A DNA stretch of 64,000 bases, taken from NCBI GenBank assembly GCA_033812795.1, contig JAPXSY010000008.1:12496-76495 (forward strand). Direction: 5' to 3'. Numbering within the stretch: position 1 is the first letter of the stretch; each line of letters opens with the position of its first letter. This document shows positions 20,626 through 30,079 of this stretch, piece by piece. Made by a program: the position numbers and the translations under genes. The stretch is from Kiritimatiellia bacterium. Lineage in GTDB: Bacteria; Verrucomicrobiota; Kiritimatiellia; RFP12; UBA1067. Under the pieces are notes generated by a model that did no database searches, was not told where the DNA came from, and saw nothing but the letters and a program-made list of their open reading frames with translations.

Positions 20626-22704
20626 AGAAATGTAGGGCTGGTTGTTGTTTTGAGTGTGTGCGCCCTCGCGGTGCGGGCCAGGACGGTGTACGTGGATCTG
20701 AACACTTCTGCGGTCATGCCCGACGGCATGACGTGGGAAACCGCGTATCCGACCATCGGCGAGGCTGTCAGCAATTTGCTTACGAATAATTATGAGAGCG
20801 GGAGCGCCATATACATCGCGCCCGGACACTATGCTTTGTCCGAGCCGATTCCTGCTATTCCCGGTTCAAACCCGGTCACGTTCTACGGTGTCACCAATGT
20901 CCTGCTGAAGGCGAACCCCGGGTTTGCCGAGCAGGTGATCATCGACGGGCAAAACGCCACCAATGCTTTTGAGGCGATTCAGGGGTATGCCAAAGGCTCG
21001 CAGTTTCACGGGCTCACCATCGTCAATTGCCGGAAAGATGTCTTTGCCGCAACCGGCCTGGAGCTCTATGGCGGTTCCGCCATCAACGCACGCAACTCTG
21101 ATGCGGTTATCTCGAATTGCATTATCCGGAACTGCTGGTCGGGCGGTTTCCGCGAAGGCGGTACGGCGGGGTGCATTTACGGCGGTGCGGTCGCTGTGGC
21201 GAACGGGTCGGTCGTCGACACCCTCTTCGAGGACAACGGCATCACCAACGCCTGTGCGTCCGCAGAGTCGCAAACCCTCACAGGCCTCCGTTTCCGCGGC
21301 GGAGCGATATGCGGCGGCGGCTACAAGGAGTTTCGCGGCAACATCTTCCGCCGCAACAGCATTGTCGATCCGACGGGGAAATGGGGGGACCTGGACGGCG
21401 GCGCAATGCATGGCGTCGGGACACTGACGGCGGATTGCCGGTTTGAGACCAACCGCGTTTGGAGCAGCAGAACCGACAAAGCGGCGGGAAGGGGCGGCGC
21501 CGTCTTTACCGAGGGGAGCGGCAAAGTTTTCTCCAATCTGGTTTTCGTCGGGAATTCGTCGGTCTCCCAACCGGTCTGTGTCAATGCCAGCGCTCCCGCG
21601 CTGTTTACGCATTGCACCTTTGTCGGCAACCGGACGGAGCGCTACGGCGCTTCTTTGACGACAAGCCTAAAACTTGGGGCAGGAAATGAAGCGGTTATCC
21701 GGCATTGCCTTTTTAAGGACAATTACTCGCCAGGCGGGGTTGCTGACGGTTCCGGCACAGCGGTTCACGCGCACCTGAATGATACGCAGGGGGGGTATCG
21801 GGGCCTCTTTATCCATGACTGCGCGTTTGTCGGAAACGTGAACAAAGACTTTGGCATGGCGGCTCTCTCCACTTGGTCTGGAAACGGCGGCGCGTACGTT
21901 TCCCTTTCGAACTGCTATTTTGAGGCCAACCTGAGCGCCACCAACAGCGGCACACACGCCCTCTTGGCGATTAACTCCGGCCTGAACTTCTCCCTTGTGG
22001 ATTGTTCGTTCATCGGCAACCAAAGCGGAAATAACGGGAATCAACCGCTTGTCAGGCAGAGCGGACGCGAAAACGAGGTCGGATCAACGACCAACTCCGT
22101 GGTGCGCAACTGCTTTTTTTACGATAACGCCTCTTCACGGGTTCTGGACATCTCCAATCCCGTCGCGGACATCGGGCAGGAGTTCCCCGGAACGCGGGTG
22201 GAGAGCTGCACGATCGCGGGCAACCGCCTGAGCGGCACGAGTGAAGCCATTCTTGCCCAAACGGGCAAGAAGTTTTACGTGTGCAACACGGCGGTGTGGG
22301 GAAATTATAAGGCCGGGACGGCTGACAACTATAACCTGAATGCGAGCATGGCGGCGCAGACTTCGCACTCGTATATCGGGCCGCAGGCGATCGCGGTCGA
22401 CGCGTTCACGACGAACGTGTTGAGCGGCAACATCACCGAGATCGACCCCGGGTTTGCCGATCCCGCCAAGGGCGATTTCCGTTTGAAGGGCCGCTCTCCG
22501 CTTAAAAACGCGGGTAAAGCGCAGCCGTGGATGGCCGGGGCGAACGATCTTTCCAATCAGGCGGTGGTGTGGGACGAAACGCTGACGCAAGGCGGATGCG
22601 ATGTGGTGCGCGTTCCTGCGTTGCCCCGCATCTTCCCGACCGTGCCGGATATCGGCTGTTTCGAATCCTGGGCGCCCTTAGGCACGGGCATGTATGTCAA
22701 GTGA
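20623..22704 (+). CDS. secreted Pmp-repeat parallel beta-helix protein; C-terminal 'PDIGCFE' tail
   Basis: 693-aa ORF with signal peptide MRNVGLVVVLSVCALAVRA. It has GG[AG]... repeats with an FxxN periodicity. The GGGGGGAGA SD can be occluded by an upstream C-rich complement. Confidence 0.55.
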   Translation: MRNVGLVVVLSVCALAVRARTVYVDLNTSAVMPDGMTWETAYPTIGEAVSNLLTNNYESGSAIYIAPGHYALSEPIPAIPGSNPVTFYGVTNVLLKANPGFAEQVIIDGQNATNAFEAIQGYAKGSQFHGLTIVNCRKDVFAATGLELYGGSAINARNSDAVISNCIIRNCWSGGFREGGTAGCIYGGAVAVANGSVVDTLFEDNGITNACASAESQTLTGLRFRGGAICGGGYKEFRGNIFRRNSIVDPTGKWGDLDGGAMHGVGTLTADCRFETNRVWSSRTDKAAGRGGAVFTEGSGKVFSNLVFVGNSSVSQPVCVNASAPALFTHCTFVGNRTERYGASLTTSLKLGAGNEAVIRHCLFKDNYSPGGVADGSGTAVHAHLNDTQGGYRGLFIHDCAFVGNVNKDFGMAALSTWSGNGGAYVSLSNCYFEANLSATNSGTHALLAINSGLNFSLVDCSFIGNQSGNNGNQPLVRQSGRENEVGSTTNSVVRNCFFYDNASSRVLDISNPVADIGQEFPGTRVESCTIAGNRLSGTSEAILAQTGKKFYVCNTAVWGNYKAGTADNYNLNASMAAQTSHSYIGPQAIAVDAFTTNVLSGNITEIDPGFADPAKGDFRLKGRSPLKNAGKAQPWMAGANDLSNQAVVWDETLTQGGCDVVRVPALPRIFPTVPDIGCFESWAPLGTGMYVK

Positions 22705-22717
22705 AATAAGAGGAGTG

Positions 22718-24646
22718 ATGATGAAAACAAAGGCGTTCAGGGCCACGGTCATCGTTGCCGCTACAATCTTGGGAGCGGCAGTTCAGGCGGCAGAGTGGTA
22801 TGTCGACAAAGACTCGACGGCCGACACGCACGACGGCGGCCAGGCGACGCCTTTTCTGACAATCCAAGAAGGACTCGACGCAGCCTCGGCGAATGATATC
22901 GTCCATGTCGCGAAGGGGTCGTATCTCATTTCAGCCCCCTTGACATTCAAGGCAGACGGTGTTTCGCTTGTCGGTGACGACGGGGTCGCCGCGAATACGG
23001 TCATTGACGCACAGCAACTCACGAACTGCGTGACGAGCACATATTTCAACTCGCACTTCCATAATCTGACCTTCACGAACGGCCGTTGCGAGGTGACGAG
23101 CGCCTATGGCGGCGGCGGCCTGTGCCTTACGAAGGGCGGCGCGGTCATATCAAACTGCATCGTCACCAGTTGCGCCGTTATCGGGACAGGCGAGATTGGA
23201 ATTGCCGGCGGCGGCATCAAAGCGAACGGGGGGGATCTCATTGATTCGCTCGTCGAGCACTGCTGCATCTCCAACACCGTGACAGAAGCCTACACGAATG
23301 CGACATCATGCAATGGCGGCGGTGTGCAAGGTCTCTCCACGGGACGCCGTTCGATCATCCGCAACTGTTCCGCAGTCTGCACCCGTGGTGTGGCCAGATA
23401 TAACTTTATGCAAGGCGGCGGCGCGCATGGCGGCAGTTGGTACGACTGCGCCTTTATCAGCAACCGACTCGTCAACCCGCTCGAGATTTACAACTGCCGC
23501 GGCGGCGGGTTGTTTACGGCCCTGACCACGGTCTCGAATTGCTATTTCGAAGGCAACTACATCACCGGCAAGGGCTCGGGCGCTTTCCTCGACAGGGTAT
23601 ACGCCTGCGGCAACAACTCCTTCATCGGCAACATCGGCAGCGCGCAGGCGGGCGCCGCAATGCATGGAATAGCGGCTTTCGACTGTTACTTCGAGGGCAA
23701 TGACCTGCCCGGCGGCGGCAACGAGTGCGGCAGCGGCGGTTTATACCTCGACCAAAACGGTGTCGCGCACGGTTGCGCGTTCCGGAACAACTCGGGGATA
23801 TTGGGCTCAGCGATGCAGAGCCACGGCGGAACCGTGGTCTCGAACTGCCTGTTCGACAGCAACCTGTGCACCTATGCCGGGAAATACGGTGGCGGTGTCG
23901 TTTATTATGGCAACCAGAGACTATCGACGTTTTTGTCGGACTGCGTGTTCATCAACAACAGCAGCACATCCGATGGCGCGGCGTTTTACGCGTTCGGCAC
24001 GTCGAACGCGACGGTACGGAGCTGTCTTTTCGTCAGCAATACGGTGAAACATGTGCTGTATATTTTGGAGTGGAATGTCGCCCAATCCGGGATTGCAGCG
24101 GGGGAGGGCGCTTGCGGGAGAGTCGAGAACTGCACGATCGCCGACAACACGCTTTTGGGTTCGTCGTATGCGCTTAAGGGCAGCCAATATGATCTTTTCC
24201 AGCGCAACAACCTTATCTACAACAACTGCCTTGAGGACACGACGACGAGCCGCGCGCTGGAGGACTGGTACGCGGGAACGAACGTGGTGCGGCACTGCTT
24301 TATCGATTCGCGCGCCTCGAATGCCGCGAGTTTCGACAAAGACGGGAATGTGATCGGGTCGGATCCGATGTTCAGGGACAGTGCGCAGGGCGATTACAGG
24401 CTTACGCGGCGTTCGGCGTGTTACAACGCAGGCACCAACCTTGCGTGGATGACGGAAGGGGCGCTGGACATGGGCAACGGTTTCCGGGAGACCCATCCAG
24501 CCACGATCACGGCGTTCGGCGAGACTTTCCCTGTGGGCGTGAAACTCGAAAAGATCGATCCGTGCGCGCGTGTTGAAGGCGGTAGGGTCGACATCGGCTG
24601 TTTCGAGCTTTTCCGCCCGCTTGTCTTTACGATGAGCGTCAAATGA
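22718..24646 (+). CDS. secreted Pmp-repeat parallel beta-helix protein; C-terminal 'VDIGCFE' tail
   Basis: The start is at MMKTKAFRATVIVAATILGAAVQA, with an AAGAGGAG RBS 13 bp after the upstream stop. It is paralogous to 20623..22704. A GC-rich hairpin follows the stop. Confidence 0.55.
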   Translation: MMKTKAFRATVIVAATILGAAVQAAEWYVDKDSTADTHDGGQATPFLTIQEGLDAASANDIVHVAKGSYLISAPLTFKADGVSLVGDDGVAANTVIDAQQLTNCVTSTYFNSHFHNLTFTNGRCEVTSAYGGGGLCLTKGGAVISNCIVTSCAVIGTGEIGIAGGGIKANGGDLIDSLVEHCCISNTVTEAYTNATSCNGGGVQGLSTGRRSIIRNCSAVCTRGVARYNFMQGGGAHGGSWYDCAFISNRLVNPLEIYNCRGGGLFTALTTVSNCYFEGNYITGKGSGAFLDRVYACGNNSFIGNIGSAQAGAAMHGIAAFDCYFEGNDLPGGGNECGSGGLYLDQNGVAHGCAFRNNSGILGSAMQSHGGTVVSNCLFDSNLCTYAGKYGGGVVYYGNQRLSTFLSDCVFINNSSTSDGAAFYAFGTSNATVRSCLFVSNTVKHVLYILEWNVAQSGIAAGEGACGRVENCTIADNTLLGSSYALKGSQYDLFQRNNLIYNNCLEDTTTSRALEDWYAGTNVVRHCFIDSRASNAASFDKDGNVIGSDPMFRDSAQGDYRLTRRSACYNAGTNLAWMTEGALDMGNGFRETHPATITAFGETFPVGVKLEKIDPCARVEGGRVDIGCFELFRPLVFTMSVK

Positions 24647-24651
24647 CCCCC

Positions 24652-24696
24652 CGTGAGTGACAAAAACCCCGCGCATGCGTTCAGGGAGGGCGCACG
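24652..24696 (+). terminator. GC-rich hairpin, possible terminator or attenuator after the 22718..24646 gene (no clean U-tract)
   Basis: CCCCGCGCATGCG-ttcagggaggg-CGCACGCGCGGGG, a 13-bp stem with one mismatch. It starts 6 nt after the stop codon. Confidence 0.35.
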
Positions 24697-24738
24697 CGCG
24701 GGGGTGTCCTTAAAATCAAACGGTATCCTTAGAAGAAC

Positions 24739-26838
24739 ATGAATGTTGAAAAAGTCCTGACACTGTCCGTTCTGGCGGCCGCTGTCTGCGCCTTGTCCGG
24801 GTTTGCCGCAGACGGTGCGCCGACGGCGAAAATCAAGCCGTGCGCAGGTTCCGAGATCCGTCAATTCGCACCCGGCGAGCGGCTGTTCTTCGACCGGCAT
24901 TTCGTCATTTCCAAAAAGGTTGCGCTGCAGCTCGTGGGCAAGTCCTTTGTCTACGCATCCATCAACGGCATCTCCTTCCGGGTGACGCAGTCCGGGGAAA
25001 TTTTGGCGCTGACGCCGCCTGCGGAGTTCACCGACAAGGGCGGCAAGCCTTCGCAAGAATCGGAACTGAAGAAGCTCGGGTTCGCGGAGGTGAATGACAT
25101 TCCCGTCTCGCAGCTCTTCAACACGTCCGACAAGGAGAAGGTCCGCGTCTGGCGCAAACAGGTGAAAGAGGGCGAACGCTACGAACTCGACTACTGGTGC
25201 GTCATCGCGGGGTTCGATCCCAAGCCGGCCGTAACCGTGAAGAAGGACGTCCCGCGCGAGACGCTGTATAACGGGATCGTCCTCGAGACGGATCCGCGTG
25301 ACCGGACTGATATGCGCAAGTACGGACGCTATCCGCTGCCCGTGCCGTATCTGGACAATCCCCCGGCAGTAATCCCCGTGGATGCCGGGCGTCAACTTTT
25401 CGTGGACGACTTCCTCATCGCCTCGACCACAATGGTGCGCACTTGGCATAAGGCGCAGAAGGATCCGAAGAACCCGGTGCTCCGTCCCGAGACCCCGCTC
25501 GAGCGCGGTGCGCTCGGGCCGATCAAAACGCCGATGGCAGCGCCCTTTTCCGGCGGCGTGTGGTTCGACGCGACGGACAGGCTCTACAAGTGCTGGTACT
25601 GCGCGGGCTGGTTCGACGGAACGGCGTACGCGTATTCCAAGGACGGCTACAACTGGGAGCGCCCGGTGCTCAAGGTGGACGGCAAGACAAACCGTATCGT
25701 GAAGCCCGAGACGCGGGACGGCAAGAACTGTCATCGCGACTCCGCCGCAGTCATCCTCGACCCGGACGCGACGGACGGCAACCGCTTCAAGGCGTTCATT
25801 TGGTCACGTCCCCAAGGCGGCGAGATTTTCACGTCCGCGAACGGCACGGACTGGGAGTGGCGCGCCGCCTGTGCCTGGAGCGGTGACCGCTCGACCCTCT
25901 TCTATAATCCGTTCCGTAAGGTATGGTGCTACTCGCTGCGCGACTTCTGGTCTGCCCGCTCGCGCCAGCTTGCCGAGAGCAAGGACTTTGTCGCGGGTGT
26001 CGCCTACACGAACCGCGTCTGCTGGCAACGCGCGGACTGCTGTGATCGGCGTGACATGCGCTGGGTCTACTGCGAGGAAGGCAACTACGAGAAGGAACCG
26101 CCCGAGCCGTCCCTCTATAACCTCGATTGTGTCGCCTACGAATCGTTGATGTTGGGCGTGTACGCGATCATGTCCGGAGCGGACAACAGCGAGTTCCAGC
26201 GTCGGGGCTCTCCCAAGCTCACCGAACTCCACCTCGGCTTCAGCCGCGACGGCTACCACTTCTCGCGTCCCGAAGACCGTTCGCCGTTCATACCCGCGTC
26301 CCGCACATACGGTGCGTGGGACCGCGCTTATCTGCATTCGAACGCGGCGATCTGCCTTGTGAAGGGCGACGAGCTGCTCTTCTATTACACGGGCTTTGCG
26401 GGACAGATCGGGGAGTGGAAAGACCATCCGGTCGGAGGGCTTTACACGCTCGCGCAGATGGGTATCGCGCGCCTGCGCCGGGACGGCTTCGCCTCAATGG
26501 ATGCCGGCCGTTGCGGAGGCGAACTCGTCACGCGTCCGATCCGCTTCACCCGGGGCGACCGCCTCTTCGTGAACGCGAATGCCGCGGGCGGCGAGCTTAA
26601 GGTCGAGATTCTGGATGAGGATGGCCAAGCTCTTGCGGCTTCCAAGCCATTCACGGCGAATGCCGTCAAATCGGAGATTCTCGGCGGACTTTCCTCTTAC
26701 GCGGGCAAAACCATTCGTCTTCGCTTCACCGCCCGCGATACGCAACTTTACGCATTCTGGTTCTCCGACGCCTCAGGCCGGTCCCGCGGTTATCTCGCCG
26801 GCGGCTCTCCCGAGGCGGACGGCCTCAAGGACGAGTGA
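24739..26838 (+). CDS. secreted protein with beta-propeller glycosidase-like features (GH43/GH32/GH117-like fold); function unknown
   Basis: 699 aa with signal peptide MNVEKVLTLSVLAAAVCALSGFA. The 'WFDATDRLYKCWYCAGWFDGTAYAYSKDGYNWERP' blocks are of the kind seen in 5-bladed propeller GHs. No diagnostic catalytic motif could be confirmed by eye. Confidence 0.3.
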   Translation: MNVEKVLTLSVLAAAVCALSGFAADGAPTAKIKPCAGSEIRQFAPGERLFFDRHFVISKKVALQLVGKSFVYASINGISFRVTQSGEILALTPPAEFTDKGGKPSQESELKKLGFAEVNDIPVSQLFNTSDKEKVRVWRKQVKEGERYELDYWCVIAGFDPKPAVTVKKDVPRETLYNGIVLETDPRDRTDMRKYGRYPLPVPYLDNPPAVIPVDAGRQLFVDDFLIASTTMVRTWHKAQKDPKNPVLRPETPLERGALGPIKTPMAAPFSGGVWFDATDRLYKCWYCAGWFDGTAYAYSKDGYNWERPVLKVDGKTNRIVKPETRDGKNCHRDSAAVILDPDATDGNRFKAFIWSRPQGGEIFTSANGTDWEWRAACAWSGDRSTLFYNPFRKVWCYSLRDFWSARSRQLAESKDFVAGVAYTNRVCWQRADCCDRRDMRWVYCEEGNYEKEPPEPSLYNLDCVAYESLMLGVYAIMSGADNSEFQRRGSPKLTELHLGFSRDGYHFSRPEDRSPFIPASRTYGAWDRAYLHSNAAICLVKGDELLFYYTGFAGQIGEWKDHPVGGLYTLAQMGIARLRRDGFASMDAGRCGGELVTRPIRFTRGDRLFVNANAAGGELKVEILDEDGQALAASKPFTANAVKSEILGGLSSYAGKTIRLRFTARDTQLYAFWFSDASGRSRGYLAGGSPEADGLKDE

Positions 26839-27002
26839 CATGCATTGACGGGAATATACAGCCAGCAATCAATAAAACCCAAAACAACGCTTTCAGACAG
26901 GATTACAGGATTCATTATGACTGGAATAAAACGGGCACATCATGTAAATCATGTAGTCATGTCCGAGTTTTTTTAGCAACACAGTGTACGAGGGGTATGG
27001 AC

Positions 27003-28481
27003 ATGAAACGACAAATGATGTTGATGACGGGGATCTGTCTGGCCGGTGCGGCGTGGGCGCAGGAGAAAGCGCCGCTGCCGCCGGCCGTGCAGGCGCAGAT
27101 GGCGGCGGAGTTCGCGAAGGCGAAGCTCGTGACCGAGGGGCTTTCGGATTATGAACGACCCTGGACGTTATCGGCCTATGTGCCGAACGACCGGATCGTC
27201 TGGGAGGTCGGCGAGCGGCCCGAGGCGGTTTTCGAGGTACGCGGGGCGGACGGCCGACTTCTCACGAAAGAGCAGCTCACGAACGTGACGATGTCGGTCT
27301 CGTGGTACCGGACACACGAGACGACGGTCGAGGATATCGTTCTTTCGCAGGAGGGAAACCCCGTGCGGCGCATCCTCACGCTGGACAAGCCCGGCGTTGT
27401 CGCCGTGACAGCGAAGCTCCGCGGCATTCCCGAACCGCTTAACGGACGCTATCCGAACGTGCGTGATCTCAGGCAGGCGCGCGTGGATGAGAAGGGCAAG
27501 CGCCATTCGCTCACGCTCAGCTATCGCGTGGGCGCGCTCTTCAACCCGCTGGAGATCAAGCCCGGCAAACCCATCCCCGAGGGTTTCGATGCGAAGTGGC
27601 GGGAGTTTCTCGAAGAAGACGCGAAATACTCCAACGTGCCAAAACACTTCCGGCGCCGCGGCACAAACGATGCGGAGAACGTGTGGGTATACGCGGGAGT
27701 GCTGGACTCGCCCGGCGGCGAGGTGCACTTTGACTGGGGCGTGCCGAAGGTGGTGCGCGAAGGCAAGGGAAAGCTGCCGATCCGCGTCTTTCTGCAGGCG
27801 TATGGAACCGGTTTCCACTTCGCCGAGACGTGGATCAGCGGCGAGCTGACGCTCGGCATCAACTGCCATTCGATCTCGAACCGCGCGTCGAACGCCTATT
27901 GGGACGAGGCGCGTAAGCGCCACGGCAACTTCGGCTTCCCGACGAACGAGAATGCGAAGGTCGAGACGTGTTATCACATTAACATGTTGCGGCGCGACAT
28001 TCGTGCGCTCCGCTGGGCGATGAGCCATCCGGGTTGGGACGGCACGAACCTCTATGTGCACGGCGACAGCCAGGGCGGATTCCAGACGTTCGCGCTCTCG
28101 GGCCTTTTCCCGCAGATCACGAAGGCGTGGTCGATGTGCCCGTGGTACGTCGACGTCGGCGGATCGCAAAAGCACTGGCGCCCCCTATGGCAGCCGGGCC
28201 CGGATTTCGCCGATCCCGTGCACCACATCACACGCACAAAAGCCCAGAACATCACATACACATTCGGCATCTGCGATTCTGCCGGGCCCGCAGACGGCAT
28301 GATGGCGATGTTCAACGGCATCCCGGACACAACCGCGTTCGCCGAGATCACGATCATCCAGAATCGCGGTCACGATGCGGGACATACGAGCAAGGACCTG
28401 TTCCCCCATTATGTGTTCACGAAGCGCTTCGGTAAGGTGACAGGCGCGTACCACTTGCCGACCGGAGAAACGAAGAGGTAA
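27003..28481 (+). CDS. alpha/beta-hydrolase carbohydrate esterase, AXE1/CE7-like (GDSQGG nucleophile motif)
   Basis: Start at MKRQMMLMTGICLAGAAWAQ (signal peptide). 'VHGDSQGGFQTFALSG' matches the GxSQG nucleophile elbow of acetyl-xylan-esterase/cephalosporin-C deacetylase-type enzymes. Confidence 0.45.
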   Translation: MKRQMMLMTGICLAGAAWAQEKAPLPPAVQAQMAAEFAKAKLVTEGLSDYERPWTLSAYVPNDRIVWEVGERPEAVFEVRGADGRLLTKEQLTNVTMSVSWYRTHETTVEDIVLSQEGNPVRRILTLDKPGVVAVTAKLRGIPEPLNGRYPNVRDLRQARVDEKGKRHSLTLSYRVGALFNPLEIKPGKPIPEGFDAKWREFLEEDAKYSNVPKHFRRRGTNDAENVWVYAGVLDSPGGEVHFDWGVPKVVREGKGKLPIRVFLQAYGTGFHFAETWISGELTLGINCHSISNRASNAYWDEARKRHGNFGFPTNENAKVETCYHINMLRRDIRALRWAMSHPGWDGTNLYVHGDSQGGFQTFALSGLFPQITKAWSMCPWYVDVGGSQKHWRPLWQPGPDFADPVHHITRTKAQNITYTFGICDSAGPADGMMAMFNGIPDTTAFAEITIIQNRGHDAGHTSKDLFPHYVFTKRFGKVTGAYHLPTGETKR

Positions 28482-28496
28482 GAGAGGCGGAATATC

Positions 28497-29978
28497 ATGA
28501 AAACGTGCATTGCGGTCATGTTGGGGCTCGCTGTAACGGTGACGTTCGCGGACGGGACCAAGGCCTATGCCAGACCCGGTTCGGATGGCGGGCCGTTGTA
28601 CACCGCGCGCGGGGATGCGCCGCGGATCGCAAAAATGATCACAGAAGCCCAAGCGGCGGGACGGCGCGAGGTGGTGATTCCATATCGCAATGACGCGGCC
28701 AACGACGACAAGTGGATCATCGAGGAGACCGTGCTGATCCCGTCTGGCATGAAAGTGATCCTGGACGGCGCGCGCCTCGTGCAGGCGGACGGGGTTTGTT
28801 GCAATCTTTTCGCGAACGAGCACGCCTGGACGGACGACCGGTGTACGGCGAAGGCCGAGGATCGCGATATCGCGATCGAGGGCCGCAACGGAGCCACGCT
28901 GGACGGCGGCAACTGGAACGGTCTGGGCGAGCGATCGAAGCCGCCCGAACTCGCCGGAAAGCGGCTTGTCCACAACTGCTTCGTCTACTTCCATAACGTT
29001 AAAGGGTTCAAGGTCTCGGGGCTCAAATGCCGCCATCAGCGCTACTGGGCAACCTGCTTCAGCTTCTGTGAACAGGGCGTCATCCGCGATCTGCGCTTCG
29101 AGGCGGACATCTCTTGGGTGAGCGAGGACGGCAGGGATCATCGACCCAACCGCTTGCCCGGTAAATACGTGAACCTTTGGGTGAAAAACGGTGACGGCGT
29201 CAATTTGCGCAAGGGCTGCCACGACATCGTTGTCGAGAACATCACCGGCTGGACAGAGGACGACGTGGTCGCGCTCACCAACCTCTGCGGCGAGGAGATG
29301 AAAGACATCGTCGAAGGCAAGTCGACCGACATCCATCACATCACCGTCCGCAACATCCGTGCGGGGACTTGGCTCTGGTTTAATCAGGTGCGGCTTCTCT
29401 GTTGCGACGGTGCGAAAGTGCATGACGTCGTCATCGACGGGGTGCATGACGAGTACGATCCGAGTTGGATGAACTGGCAACGCAACGCAAGCGCCGTGCA
29501 GATCAACGACAGCGCTGAAGAATACTACCGCAAACGCAACTGCGCGATGGGCGAGATGCGCGACATCGTCATCCGTAACGTCACCTCCGGCGCCGGGTTC
29601 CCAATCCGCCTGTTCTGTCCCATGCAGAACGTCACCATCGAGAACCTGCACCTCCTTCCCGGCGCGAAGGGCGCGCTGGCCGTGCAGTGTGACGCCGAGT
29701 TCGACAACGTGACCGTATCCGGGATCACTGCGGACGAGACGGTCCGCCTCTTCAGCTTCCTCAACTTCCATCAGGCGGAGGGCGCGATCACCGTCCGCAA
29801 TGCCCGGGTGCCGGAGGCGGAACACCTCATCCGCAACAGCGGCACGTGCCAGGTGACGCTCGAGAACGTTGAGATCGGCAAGCTGAACGGCGAACGCGAA
29901 ATCAAATCCTGCGGCGGACACTGGATCGGCGACAAGGTGCCCTTGTATCAAGACCTCAAGCCCGGGACGCGTCCGTGA
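28497..29978 (+). CDS. pectin-lyase-fold glycoside hydrolase, GH28-like
   Basis: 493 aa with a signal peptide. 'NGDGVNLRKGCHD' and 'GWTEDDVVALTN' resemble the GH28 NTDG / G(D)D / GHG motif order in a beta-helix context. Confidence 0.4.
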   Translation: MKTCIAVMLGLAVTVTFADGTKAYARPGSDGGPLYTARGDAPRIAKMITEAQAAGRREVVIPYRNDAANDDKWIIEETVLIPSGMKVILDGARLVQADGVCCNLFANEHAWTDDRCTAKAEDRDIAIEGRNGATLDGGNWNGLGERSKPPELAGKRLVHNCFVYFHNVKGFKVSGLKCRHQRYWATCFSFCEQGVIRDLRFEADISWVSEDGRDHRPNRLPGKYVNLWVKNGDGVNLRKGCHDIVVENITGWTEDDVVALTNLCGEEMKDIVEGKSTDIHHITVRNIRAGTWLWFNQVRLLCCDGAKVHDVVIDGVHDEYDPSWMNWQRNASAVQINDSAEEYYRKRNCAMGEMRDIVIRNVTSGAGFPIRLFCPMQNVTIENLHLLPGAKGALAVQCDAEFDNVTVSGITADETVRLFSFLNFHQAEGAITVRNARVPEAEHLIRNSGTCQVTLENVEIGKLNGEREIKSCGGHWIGDKVPLYQDLKPGTRP

Positions 29979-30044
29979 CCCTGATCGTTGCCCATCGCGG
30001 CGAACCCCCACATCCCCGGCCTGCACGGGAAGCGGATTCGCAAA

Positions 30045-30072
30045 CTCTAAGCCATGAACAAGAATGATCTGA
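30045..30072 (+). promoter_or_regulatory. conserved 28-nt element CTCTAAGCCATGAACAAGAATGATCTGA, copy 1; it contains the start of a 9-codon uORF (MNKNDLRRR) that ends in an ATGA overlap with the esterase start
   Basis: 26 of 28 nt are identical to 33458..33485. The ATG sits at 30054. The uORF stop TGA overlaps the ATG of the 30080 gene. Confidence 0.5.
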
Positions 30073-30079
30073 GGAGACG

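Noticed and set aside
26835-27002. Annotated 5' extension of the AXE1-like esterase ORF (MTCIDGNIQPAINKTQNN...)
   Set aside because: It overlaps the stop of the upstream gene and translates an AT-rich repeat-bearing spacer. The genuine start is the signal-peptide Met at 27003.
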